A DNA stretch of 63,984 nt, filler included, from Octopus bimaculoides (taxonomy: Eukaryota): the NCBI RefSeq assembly GCF_001194135.2. It is 7 parts of 7 records of this genome, joined end to end, with 100 filler letters (N's around TTAATTAATTAA, not from the genome) between each part and the next. Parts side by side here need not be neighbours in the genome. Positions count along the whole stretch, not along the records: positions 1 to 14,692 come from NC_068982.1; positions 14,793 to 18,465 come from NC_068997.1; positions 18,566 to 22,438 come from NC_068984.1; positions 22,539 to 53,745 come from NC_068981.1; 3 more parts are not named here. One strand, written 5' to 3'. The notes below the pieces were generated by a model. That model saw only the letters and a program-made list of their open reading frames with translations. It did no database searches and was not told where the DNA came from. Shown here in pieces: positions 13,216 through 24,335 of the stretch; position 1 is the first letter of the stretch; each line of letters begins with the position of its first letter. The translations under genes were made by a program, and so were the position numbers.

Positions 13216-13407
13216 AACGAAGGAATTTTATTTTCTCTCTTCTTATTTTCTCTTCCGAATGTCTGAGGAGGTAAACGATCTTTTATTAATACGTCTACAA
13301 AAAAATTAAGTAATATGGCAGGTTAAGTCAATATCTCACTCAATATATACAACTCCTACGATTTGTTGGGTGCTATTTCCACTCGTCTGTGTTCACCATT
13401 TCACTAG

Positions 13408-13535
13408 TGTATGTGTGTGTGCGTGTGTGTGTGTGTATGTGAGTGTGTGTGTGTGTGTATGCCCGGAACACAAATATATACGTATATAGATATACGCAAA
13501 TATACGTATATAAAAATATGTATATAACACACACA

Positions 13536-13590
<55 letters not shown>
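13408..13590. repeat. (GT)n/(CA)n microsatellites
   Basis: Directly visible. Confidence 0.95.
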
Positions 13591-13593
<3 letters not shown>

Positions 13594-13799
13594 AAGAAAT
13601 TATTGATAGTGCCTCTGATATTTCGCGGTTGTGATTTCATAAGACTAAAAGCATTTTTACTCTTTATTCTTTTACTATATTTTGTGTGTTCTAATATGTT
13701 TGCAAGTCAGGTACGGTTTAGTAGTGTATTTTCTTTAAGTGGCATAAAAGAATCCCTTTGTAAGAAATTTGATTAGATGAGTAGAAATAAGGAATTAAA

Positions 13800-13845
<46 letters not shown>

Positions 13846-13846
13846 T

Positions 13847-14013
13847 ACGACGGGCTTCTTTCAGTTTCCGTCTACCAAATCCACTCACAAGGTTTTGGTC
13901 GGCCCGAGGCTATAGTAGAAGACACTTGCCCAAGATGCCACGCAGTGGGACTGAACCCGGAACCATGTGGTTGGTAAGCAAGCTACTTACCACACAGCCA
14001 CTCCTACGCCTAT
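13847..14013 (-). mobile_element. Bipartite tRNA-derived SINE, 5' head half
   Basis: Reverse strand: taggcgtaggagtggctgtgtggtaagtagcttgc...gggttcagtccc...gaaactgaaagaagcccgtcg; same as the copy at 63426. Confidence 0.9.
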
Positions 14014-14014
14014 G

Positions 14015-14588
14015 GTAATATAATAAATTTAAAATTTAAAATATACGAAATATAAATATAAATATATATAAAAATGTAGATAAAGATACATGTGAATATA
14101 AATGCATATAAAAATTTATGCGTAATTAAGCATGAATATTATAAAGTCTAGAATTTTAAAAAATTAAACATCTGACGATCGTTTCGCGATGTTATTGTAA
14201 TCACAATGTAATCAAATTAATTTTACAATTTATTTAAAGGACAGTATACACTTTAATAGTTTTAATTTTTTTAATATTTTTGATATTTTTTAATATTTTA
14301 ATTAATATTTCATATACCATTCGTTCTTAATACATAGATTATAAATCCATTCATCTCCGAAGAGCGGAATTATTGATAGTATGCTGATCTTTTGATTACA
14401 TTGTGATTATAATAATATCCGCGAAACGATCGTCAGATGTTTAATTTTTTTAAATTTTAGATTTTTTAAAATTACGCATAAATTTTTATATGCATTTATA
14501 TTCACATGTATCTTTATCTACATCCATATTTTTATATATATTTATATTTATATTTCGTATATTTTAAATTTTAAATTTATTATATTAC
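14015..14588. repeat. Fold-back element: ~200 bp imperfect inverted arms (14015-14216 / 14391-14588), likely an inverted Penelope-type pseudo-LTR
   Basis: gtaatataataaattt...ctgacgatcgtttcgcg...gtaatcaaa pairs with tttgattac...cgcgaaacgatcgtcag...aaatttattatattac. TATG lies on both sides. Confidence 0.9.
14352..14439 (+). ncRNA. Type I hammerhead ribozyme with U4C core variant and long stem II
   Basis: CAUCU-CCGAAGA-GCGGA...UCCGC-GAAA-C-GAUC-G-UC-AGAUG. All three stems pair, stem III is palindromic (ACGAUCGU) and the triplet is GUC. Confidence 0.75.
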
Positions 14589-14792
14589 TATGTCATATTG
14601 GATATATATTTTTCGAAATAATAAATATTGATTTCCTGCGAATATTATTGATAATTTTATGAATTTATTAATAATATAAAAACACACACACANNNNNNNN
14701 NNNNNNNNNNNNNNNNNNNNNNNNNNNNNNNNNNNNTTAATTAATTAANNNNNNNNNNNNNNNNNNNNNNNNNNNNNNNNNNNNNNNNNNNN

Positions 14793-14899
14793 AGACCGAT
14801 AGAATAAGTACTAGGCTTACAAAGAATAAGTCCCGGAGTCGATTTGCTCGACTAAAGGCAGTGCTCCAGCATGGTCACAGTCAAATGACTGAAACAAGT
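14793..14899 (+). mobile_element. Bipartite SINE, 3' half (5' part in gap)
   Basis: agaccgatagaataagtactaggcttac...ccagcatgg..cagtcaaatgactgaaacaagt; reverse complement of 57055-57165. Confidence 0.85.
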
Positions 14900-14967
14900 T
14901 TATATGCATATATTTAAAGATTTTTGTGTGTGTGTATGTATACACACACATATGTATGCATATATAG

Positions 14968-14998
<31 letters not shown>

Positions 14999-15133
14999 CA
15001 CACATACATTGCAAGGTAACTTATGGATGTCAATGTATGAATATATGTCCATCTGTTCTCCGTGTATGGACGTGAATGTGTTCATACATTTGCATACGTG
15101 TATATGTGCATCTACGTGTGTGCATATGTGAGT

Positions 15134-15171
<38 letters not shown>

Positions 15172-15380
15172 GTGGGTGTGAGTGTATGTGCGTGAGTGCA
15201 CGTTAGGGTTTATGTGAAATTGCACGAATCTTACTTTCATTTGAGGTCTATAATCTCAGTGTGAACATCTGAAAAGGAGATAGAGAGAGGGAGAGAGAGA
15301 GACAGAGAGACAGAGAGAGAGAGAGAGAAAGAGAAAGAGAGAAAGCAGGAAGAGGAAAAGTGAGAAACAGACAGACAGGC

Positions 15381-15419
<39 letters not shown>

Positions 15420-15809
15420 GTATATAAGGGTGGTGGAGATGTAGCTTTCTACTTGAACCAATAGACAACTGCCAAAATGACGCGGTTGACACTTCTGTCA
15501 GAAGCTGAAAGGGATCCATACCCAACCAATTGAAACGCCGTGGGGAGCGAACCGGTAAAGAAACTTTCAGAACAAAGCGAGATTCACATGTAACAATTGA
15601 GTCAAGTGCCTCAATTGTGTAATTCAATCCTGAGTAGTTTCTAGTGGTTTCTATATGTATGGGCCATGAGTAGAGTAATCCACGTGGGCGACGGTGGGGC
15701 GGTAGTTACATGTGGTAGTGGAAAATAAAAGATGGTGTTTAAAAGGACAGAATCGTGATGTAGAAAATAAGGTCTTACCCTTGATGTTGTGGAGAGTAAT
15801 TGGCATGGT

Positions 15810-15900
15810 GGAGTGGTTAACATGCCCGTTTCTTTTTTGCAATCACATAGGTTCAGGTTCGCGTTCAGGCTCAGTCTCACTGCGGGGCACTTTGAGCAGA
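15810..15900 (+). mobile_element. Degenerate SINE head
   Basis: gtggagtggttaa...caatcacat...ggctcagtctcactgcggggcactttgagcag resembles the bipartite SINE head. Confidence 0.5.
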
Positions 15901-16022
15901 TAAGCTATTTTTTTACTTGGGGGAAAAAAGTGGGAAAGAAATAAGGGATAGCGCCATAAATGGCAAACCAGGAAGAAAGAACTCTATAACAAAAGAAAGA
16001 AGAATAAAAATGGATATATATA

Positions 16023-16305
16023 TTCTTTTATTCTCTTATTTGTTTTAATCATTTGACTGCGGCCATGCTATAGCACTGCCTTTAGTCGAACAAATCGACC
16101 CCGGGACTTATTCCTTGTAAGCTTAGTACGTATTCTATCGATCTTTTTTGCCGAACCGCTTATTACGGGGACGTAAACACAACATCAATTGGCAAGTGAT
16201 GGTGGAGGGACAAATACAGACACACAAACATCCCCTCCACACACACACACATATGTATAAAACAGGCTTCTTTCGGTTTCCGTCTACCACATCCACTCAC
16301 AAGGC
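16023..16305 (-). mobile_element. Bipartite SINE, 5'-truncated (tail, internal CA repeat and end of head half)
   Basis: catttgactgcggccatg...gccgaaccgct...acacac...ggcttctttcggtttccgtctac; collinear with 57035-57400. Confidence 0.85.
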
Positions 16306-16352
16306 TGCGTTCATTTTATGAACGAATGTATGTGTGTAGATCTGTTGTTACA

Positions 16353-16357
<5 letters not shown>

Positions 16358-16390
<33 letters not shown>

Positions 16391-16417
16391 CATGTTTGCT
16401 TGTGCGTATGTTTATTG

Positions 16418-16456
<39 letters not shown>

Positions 16457-16500
16457 CATGTGTGCTTGTGCGTATGTTTATTGGTATATGTGTGTGTGTG
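16358..16500. repeat. ~65 bp tandem duplication built on (GT)n
   Basis: ttcatg(t)gcttgtgcgtatgtttattggtata occurs twice between GT tracts. Confidence 0.85.
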
Positions 16501-16880
16501 TTAGTGTTTACACCCTTGCTATTTTTTGATGTTGTCACATAAACAATTCCCTAAACTCACAATTATTCCATTTTCAATTGAATCGTGACACCACTGAAAT
16601 TTTCCGTTTCAATACAGCCGATCAATCCGTGACCAAAGGATCAACAAATTAATTATACAGAACGAAATTAGTAGAGTTACTGGAGTATGACCTTTTGTAA
16701 ATTACTGGTAGACTTTTGATAAACCACTTTATCAAATATGCGACTAGGTTTCGATTCCACTTCTGAGAGTACATACATTTTATGGCGTCTTTTGATTATA
16801 TCTTCTGAAATCAATATCCCCGTACAACTCCATAGATGAATTAACGTACCAAATAATAATAATTATTATTATTATTATTA

Positions 16881-17095
16881 TCCTTTCTACTATAGGCACA
16901 AGGCCTGAAACTTTTGTGGGAAGGGGACTAGTCGATTACATCGACCCCAGTGTTTCGCTGGTACTTACTTCATCGATCTCGAAAGGATTAACGACAAATT
17001 CGATCTCGGCGGAATTTCAACTCAGAACGTAAAGTCGGACGATATGCCGCTAAGCATCTTGCTCGGCGCGCTAATGATTTTGGTAGCTCACTGCC

Positions 17096-17098
<3 letters not shown>
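16881..17098 (-). mobile_element. tRNA-derived SINE, family A
   Basis: ggcggaatttcaactcagaacgt B-box region; body matches 32903-33117 reversed; (TAT)n/(AAT)n on both sides. Confidence 0.9.
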
Positions 17099-17157
<59 letters not shown>

Positions 17158-18430
17158 TTTTTTTTTTTTCTTTATCACCTGCAGCTTACGGTACCATGCT
17201 AGTCGTTATTTTCGGTTATCCAATACTTCCCTGAGTATTTTGGCTGTGCAAGAATTATTATTATCATTATTATTATTATTNNNNNNNNNNNNNNNNNNNN
17301 NNNNNNNNNNNNNNNNNNNNNNNNNNNNNNNNNNNNNNNNNNNNNNNNNNNNNNNNNNNNNNNNNNNNNNNNNNNNNNNNNNNNNNNNNNNNNNNNNNNN
17401 NNNNNNNNNNNNNNNNNNNNNNNNNNNNNNNNNNNNNNNNNNNNNNNNNNNNNNNNNNNNNNNNNNNNNNNNNNNNNNNNNNNNNNNNNNNNNNNNNNNN
17501 NNNNNNNNNNNNNNNNNNNNNNNNNNNNNNNNNNNNNNNNNNNNNNNNNNNNNNNNNNNNNNNNNNNNNNNNNNNNNNNNNNNNNNNNNNNNNNNNNNNN
17601 NNNNNNNNNNNNNNNNNNNNNNNNNNNNNNNNNNNNNNNNNNNNNNNNNNNNNNNNNNNNNNNNNNNNNNNNNNNNNNNNNNNNNNNNNNNNNNNNNNNN
17701 NNNNNNNNNNNNNNNNNNNNNNNNNNNNNNNNNNNNNNNNNNNNNNNNNNNNNNNNNNNNNNTTTTTTTTTTTTTTTTGAAAGAAGTTCCTCCGAACGAA
17801 ATATGGTTTCACTAGACATTTCGAAGAATGAACTTCAAATAGACTTCAAATATTGGTACACGGCCACAGGAACCAAGTAATATTGTAAATCACACAATTG
17901 CACCTATGTAGTATGAAGTATTTCCAACTGAAGTTTCATCAAGATTGGTCCATGTAAAACAGAAAGATTGAGCGAGAATGTTTAGTCTCTGGTTTATCGA
18001 GTGGGACACAGACAGGCTTACAAGAAGATATGTGAAACGTGGAAGCATACAGCTTTTGTGCTCAACTCTAAGTTTTTATAACAAGAGATTAGAATAGAAA
18101 CCTTGAAATGCCAGAGTTTTCTGCGGAAGATCAAAGCAATTGGATTATCTAAATCCCAACCAGTACTGATTGTGTAAAGATTTCTAAAGCATTTCGAAAT
18201 TTCTCCATTTGTGTCTACTGTAATGAGAAAACGCATACATAAATACATGCATACATTCATCCATACACGCATACAGACATACATATAGAAATAAATACCA
18301 ATATATTTACACACACATACGCACATACATATATATATATACACACCCACACAGACACACACGTACATACATGCAAATGATTACATTATACTTATACACA
18401 TAAACAAATAGTTATACAATTATACATACG

Positions 18431-18465
<35 letters not shown>

Positions 18466-18889
18466 NNNNNNNNNNNNNNNNNNNNNNNNNNNNNNNNNNN
18501 NNNNNNNNNTTAATTAATTAANNNNNNNNNNNNNNNNNNNNNNNNNNNNNNNNNNNNNNNNNNNNTATACATCATTAGATGTATACCTGACTTTCCTATA
18601 TAAAATTAGAAATTAACGGAACGCTGAACTCCAGACTATCAACTTAAACAACATTTATTCAGGTGGTAAATATGTACATCTTTAGCTCTTGTTTGTTGTT
18701 ACAGCTTCTGTGTGTGTGAGCATGGTTGTTGGGACGTTGGTATGTATATGTGAGCGAGCTGTCTAGCGTAAGTTCGAAAGATGGAGAGAGACAGCTAAAC
18801 ACGTCCATGCTCAATCGCTGGCCAGCAAGAAAGAGGCAGAATGAAGCGGGAAAACTTGGTTGTTGAATTCCACGCATGCGCACGGCGTT

Positions 18890-20260
18890 ACTACAACATC
18901 CTTGACCACCCACTGCACAAGATTGTCTAGTCTCAAGAAGGCTCTCTGCATGATTTGCTTGTCTGTCAACAGAAGTGTCACATCATCCATGAAGGCCTTC
19001 ATAGGTAATTATACATGGGCAATTTGTTCTGAAAAGTGCACTGCTTTCAAAATTATCTCCATGATTAGGAGAAACCACGTGACAGATATTGTGTAGCCAG
19101 CAGCAATGCCAATCTGTTGTAAAATTTCTGGCTGTAAACCTCATCTTGAAACTGTCATAATATACCCTCATTAATCTTGCTACTTTCTCTGGAATGTGGA
19201 AGTGGTCCATGGCTCTCGTCAGTAATTTATGTGACACTGAGCCATATGCATTAGCTAGATCAAGCCATACCATGTTCAGATTTATCATGTTCTGTTTGGC
19301 ATCCTGGATCAATTTCCAAATAGAAAAACAATGCTCAATGCATCCAGGGATTCCTGTCTTTTGAACAGATTCATCAACATATTCATTACTCTGTTCTCCT
19401 TGAGAGAATTCCCATAAAGATCTTGCCTTCCACTTTCAATAAGGATATCGGCCTAACTTGTTTTATAGTCTTGCATTGGCCTCCTTCAGCAGGTATACGC
19501 CTTCTGCCTTACACTAATCTTCTACTAAAGTTTCTTCATACCACAGCTGCTGGAGCAGGACAAAGAGCTTGTTTCATAGACAATTGCAATATTTATATAC
19601 TTTATACGAAATGCCATCACCTCCTGAGGCACTCTTTACTCTAGCTTTTCTCACAAAATCATTTACCTCTTTCTCCCTGATGTCCCCAGTTTGAAATTCG
19701 ATATCAGGTTCTAAGAGATGCTTTAGCCCATTTATAGGTGGCAGTTGTTGGTTACAGTTTGGATCACTGTAGGTTTCTTTGATATGAGCATTCAATTTTA
19801 TTTTCGTGCACGATAAAGTGCCACTCTTCGGTTCAGTGAACAGCTTCTTAACAACCCCATACAGGTTCTTCAGAAACTGTTCATGAGTCCTTTTGCATTC
19901 TTTTCTTTGCTCATATTGGCAGATATGCCATTGCACATAATGGCATTTCTTTTTTAAACTTTCGTACAGCTGCGTGAGGCCAAGTTTTTCGTCTTCCTCT
20001 GCACTTGATCCACATATCCCTTTCACTAATCGGGTCCCATATTTCACTCCAAATAATTCCTTTCCTGTAGGAAAGAAATTATTTGGAGTGAAATTGAAAC
20101 TTTCCCAGTTTCTCCACTGTAGATCCTGTCATTTTATAAAGAACTTGACATACCTTGTTCTCAAACTCTTTATATCTTCCTTTCTCATTAGCAGCAGGCC
20201 ACAAAACCTTCAGTTCCCTTTGAATGCTATCTGATGTACCAGTCTCACAACCTGCAGTTT
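18890..20260 (-). mobile_element. R2/NeSL-type (RLE-class) non-LTR retrotransposon RT fragment, pseudogenised
   Basis: RKARVKSASGGDGISYKVYK, KTGIPGCIEHC, WLDLANAYGSVSH and KAFMDDVTLL motifs across frameshifts. Confidence 0.85.
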
Positions 20261-20373
20261 CCTGTCAGGAAGATGTCTTTGCTGTAGTATTTATCGATTC
20301 ACTAAATCAAATGTCTTTGTCAAGTCATACTAAATTGTTTGCTTCTTCATTTCGTTTTTAATCTATTTATATA

Positions 20374-21237
20374 CAGGGTGTGATGGGTAAATTGTCACCA
20401 TTTTATATTATTAATTTCACACATGCATATTGTTTGTATTTGATTTTGTTGACTACTCAATATAGTAGGGTCAGTCTATGAGAAAAACAGCACCATGACA
20501 CAATTCTGCCATAAATTTGGAAACGACGGGTTGTACTGCTTGCCATTCATGCAGGAAGCTCCAATACGAAGAGATGATGAACACACAGAACAACTGTTGG
20601 CTTGCCGTATCACCAAAACACGTACTGAGAGTGATAAAAATTAAACATCCAGTCAACATCATGGTGTTTGGAATGATCACTAGTGATGGTGATGTTATGC
20701 CTCCATTCATCTTTCCATACGGTCTCAGACTCAATGTGGAGGCCTACATTAAGTGCCTAGAGGAGGTAGTGCTACCTTGGGTCAAGAGGGTGGCTGCTGG
20801 AAGATCCTATGTCTGACAACAGGACTATGCACTATGCCACACAAGCAGGAAAACCTAGTCAAGGCTGTCAAACAATTTCTGCAACCACACCACCCCTAAC
20901 ATCTAGCCACCTAACTCCTTAGACTGCAACCCCCTTGATTATTTTGTATAGGGTGCAGTTGAGTGAGAGACCAACAAAACTCCTTGTAACACCAAAGATG
21001 AACCTAAGGCAAGGATTATGGCAGCATTCACCAACTTAAACAAGGAGACCATCCAGAAGAGTTGCAGGAGATTCCAAAGTCATTTGGAGGCCGTGGTTGA
21101 AGCCAATGGCGATTTTATTGAATAAATTTATTCTTTAGTATTTCAAGATATCTTTATGTAATTTTGCTAAATATATGCTAAAATGAGATGTCAGTGTCAT
21201 TTTCAGTTTTGCATAATTTAGACAACAATATATTCAC

Positions 21238-21242
<5 letters not shown>
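20374..21242 (+). mobile_element. Internally deleted Tc1/mariner element, DD37D (maT-like) transposase C-terminus
   Basis: TA|CAGGGTG start. IMVFGMITSDG...QQD-x37-D(Y) with the *PPNSLDCNPLDY motif (spacing counted by hand across in-frame stops). Degenerate 3' TIR ends cacctgtg|TA. Confidence 0.88.
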
Positions 21243-21285
<43 letters not shown>

Positions 21286-21306
21286 TCCTGGTGAAGGCTG
21301 GTTTAT

Positions 21307-21367
21307 GGGATTACCCTGGGTTTCCTGTCCATAAAGGGTTTAATTTTATGGTGTATCATCAGACCCC
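21307..21367 (-). ncRNA. Type I hammerhead ribozyme candidate with an internal loop in stem II
   Basis: GGGGU-CUGAUGA-UACA-CCAUAAA-(9 nt)-UUUAUGG-ACAG-GAAA-CCC-A-GGG-U-A-AUCCC. Stems I and III pair, triplet GUA. Confidence 0.65.
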
Positions 21368-21693
21368 AAGACCTGTTGGCCTAAGACTTCTTTAGAATAT
21401 GGAGGGGAGAAGTCTCGGTAGAAAGGCAGTTATAAACAAGAGGTGTTATGTCCCTTTGCTAACGACTATCGACTTCCAGCCGTAGTGCCATCATTTAGCT
21501 ATGAGGGTAAACAATAAGGGATTATGTCCCTCTCCTCTTAGCTATAAGCTTACAGCTGTGCCACCATTTTGCGGTTCCCAAAATGCCAGCAGAAATTTCC
21601 TAAAATGCAAACATGGCCTGAAAATCTCTGTTCTGGAGTTAAATATAGCCCATGATTCGAATGAGTCTTTTACGATTCTCGTGCATTCGGCTA

Positions 21694-21783
21694 TGCATAG
21701 CTTGCTGCGTTTCATCCCGTTGATGTAGGGGCCTGGATTTTCGAGCCCCTACATCAACGGGACGAAATGTTGCAAGCTATGCA
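21694..21783. repeat. Long hairpin: 39-bp arms, 12-nt loop
   Basis: tgcatagcttgc....tttc.tcccgttgatgtaggggc / gcccctacatcaacggga.gaaa....gcaagctatgca. Confidence 0.9.
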
Positions 21784-21797
21784 CATAGCTTGCAACA

Positions 21798-21843
<46 letters not shown>

Positions 21844-22127
21844 TAAAGTTCTGTATGAATTATGTTGTTTTTTACTGTATGCTAAATTACAGCTCAAATC
21901 CTAGGAAATTACCTTTTCCTATTCTCTCATTCCTGTTTGTGAAACAAGCAGACAGCCAGCTAGTAACTTGTACCAGTCAAGCAGCCAACATATAACCACA
22001 TATTCAGCATGAACAACTCAACACAGTAGAAGTCGTGGAATCTAAACAGACACAACTGAATGACCAATGCACACACAGACACAAAACATGCCTGGTTCTA
22101 CCTCATCAAATTGACACAGTATTTCCC

Positions 22128-22438
22128 CTAAGAGAAATACCTAGCCAAGGATAAACCTCTGTACCTGGCTTTCGTTGACATGGAGAAAGCCTTTGACAGG
22201 GTCCCCCGATCCCTTATCTGGTGGTCAATGAGGAAACTTGGGATAGAAGAATGGCTAGTGAGAGCTGTGCGAGCCATGTACAGAGATGCGGCCAGTAAGG
22301 TGAGGGTTGGAAATGAGTACAGCAATGAATTCCGGGTAGAGGTAGGGGTCCACCAAGGTTCCGTCCTCAGCCCCCTATTATTTACCATAGTCCTCCAGGC
22401 AATCACAGAGGAGTTCAAGACAGGTTGCCCCTGGGAGC
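22128..22438 (+). mobile_element. RTE-clade LINE reverse transcriptase fragment
   Basis: EKYLAKDKPLYLAFVDMEKAFDRVPR...GVHQGSVLSPLLF; open up to the gap. Confidence 0.92.
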
Positions 22439-22538
22439 NNNNNNNNNNNNNNNNNNNNNNNNNNNNNNNNNNNNNNNNNNNNTTAATTAATTAANNNNNN
22501 NNNNNNNNNNNNNNNNNNNNNNNNNNNNNNNNNNNNNN

Positions 22539-22761
22539 TTCCCTTGCTTCTGGAGTAGGTATTTTTGCAGTCCTATGGTGGTTATTTTATAATAGTTTTC
22601 TAGCTGTATAAGACCCCTGCCACCTTCTGTGCGTTGTATATATAGCCTTTCTATGTCAGATTTTGGGTGGTGCATCCTATATCCTGTCATTATTTTTCTT
22701 GTTTTCCTGTCTATTTTACATAGTTCGTTTAGTGTCCAGTTAAGGATGTTGTAGCTGTAGC

Positions 22762-22765
<4 letters not shown>
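22539..22765 (-). mobile_element. R4/Dong-like retrotransposon RT C-terminal fragment
   Basis: LNELCKIDRKTRKIMTGYRMHHPKSDIERLYIQRTEGGRGL; the upstream end abuts (TAT)n. Confidence 0.85.
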
Positions 22766-22826
<61 letters not shown>

Positions 22827-22838
22827 CACACATATATA

Positions 22839-23415
22839 TTGGGTCATCCTATAAATAAAGCAGTTTTTCAAAGGCATGGATTAAAAGTCGGAGGGGGGCG
22901 GGATAAACTACCTGCATCAACTTGCTATAAAAGCAGGTAGTAGTTTTATCTTGTGCTTATTCTTAGTGCCAGTTTTGAAGAGTGTACAATTCAATTTTGA
23001 CAGTTATTTTTCAAAGATATAATGGAAGTCACAAAGAAACATATTCGGCTTGTATCGCTTTATGAGTTCAATAAAAGCAACAACGCAACCGGGATAAATA
23101 TTAATGCAGTATATGGAGATTGGACAATTAGCGTAGGCCATTGTCAACGGTGGTTCCAGAACTCCCGAGCCAGAAACTACAGCCTAGAAGATGAGCCTCG
23201 TCTAGGAAGATATTTAGAACTCAACGAGGACATCATGCAAACCCTCGCGGAGCAAACCCCCTTCGTTACTGTTGAGAAACCTGCGGAGAAGTTTGGATTT
23301 AGGTATTCAATTATTCATCGATACATGAGGGCCATCGGAAACGTCAGCAAATTAGGTCAATGGGTTCCTTACAAAGTTTTGGATTCTAATCGCGCGCAGA
23401 GAGCCAGCGCTAGTG
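22839..23415 (+). mobile_element. Mariner transposon 5' fragment (TIR + N-terminal HTH region)
   Basis: ORF 23022-23426 with QRWFQ...SLEDEPR.GR and the GQWVPYKV (WVPHEL-like) motif; starts after TA with ttgggtcatcc. Confidence 0.88.
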
Positions 23416-23967
23416 GTTATCTGTAGCATGAAATCATCTACTAGCATGAAATCATCTACTATGCACCCACTAAACCCCTTCGACATACATACACTCACTA
23501 TACAGACTAGTATATATGTCTACTTTAATACATCCACTTATTGTGTTTGCTCAACACGAAAGTATATTATTCCTATTCAACTCGCATTCATTCTCCATTC
23601 AAAACTATAAATTGCACTATTCCTTGCCATTCTCATTTGAAACTGCTGACGGACCTTACTTATAGCTTTATTTGATCATAGAATTGCGTAGCGCATACTT
23701 ATTTTTCTATGATCATTACTCCATTTTTGACAATCTGGAATATACTAATACACACGGTTAGAAATATTTCTTCATTTTACATCTCTCTAGCCACTCCGTC
23801 TCTGAATACGGTATACTCAGATTATTGAATACTCATTCTGCATCATGATCTAATTGCTAAGCTAGTCAGGAAACAGCTCTAAGATACACTATTTGCTTGT
23901 ATTATTCTCAATCTAAATAAAATGATTTTTATCGAGTGATGAGAAATATTTTGCTATAACATTTTAA

Positions 23968-24239
23968 GAGTGGCTGTGTGGTAACAAGCTTGGGTATCAG
24001 TACGACTGCGTGGCACCTTTAGCTAATGCCTTCAACTATAATCTCGGGCCTACCAAACCCTTATGAATGGATTTGGTTGACGGAAACTGAAAGAAGCCTG
24101 TTATATATANNNNNNNNNNNNNNNNNNNNNNNNNNNNNNNNNNNNNNNNNNNNNNNNNNNNNNNNNNNNNNNNNNNNNNNNNNNNNNNNNNNNNNNNNNN
24201 NNNNNNNNNNNNNNNNNNNNNNNNNNNNNNNNNNNNNNN

Positions 24240-24272
<33 letters not shown>

Positions 24273-24335
24273 TAGTTTGTATTTGTGTGTCTGTGTTTGT
24301 TGGCCCACCGACAATAGAATAAGTACTAGGCTTAC
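23968..24335 (+). mobile_element. Bipartite SINE, degenerate, spanning a gap
   Basis: Head gagtggctgtgtggta...gacggaaactgaaagaagcc, (TA)n gap, then ctgtgtttgt...atagaataagtactaggcttac. Confidence 0.8.

Noticed and set aside
14737-14748. TTAATTAATTAA inside N runs (also 18510, 22483, 53790, 60318, 62894)
   Set aside because: Centred in 100-bp gaps (e.g. 44 N + 12 + 44 N at 14693-14792) and has stops in all six frames: an assembly spacer, not a biological motif.
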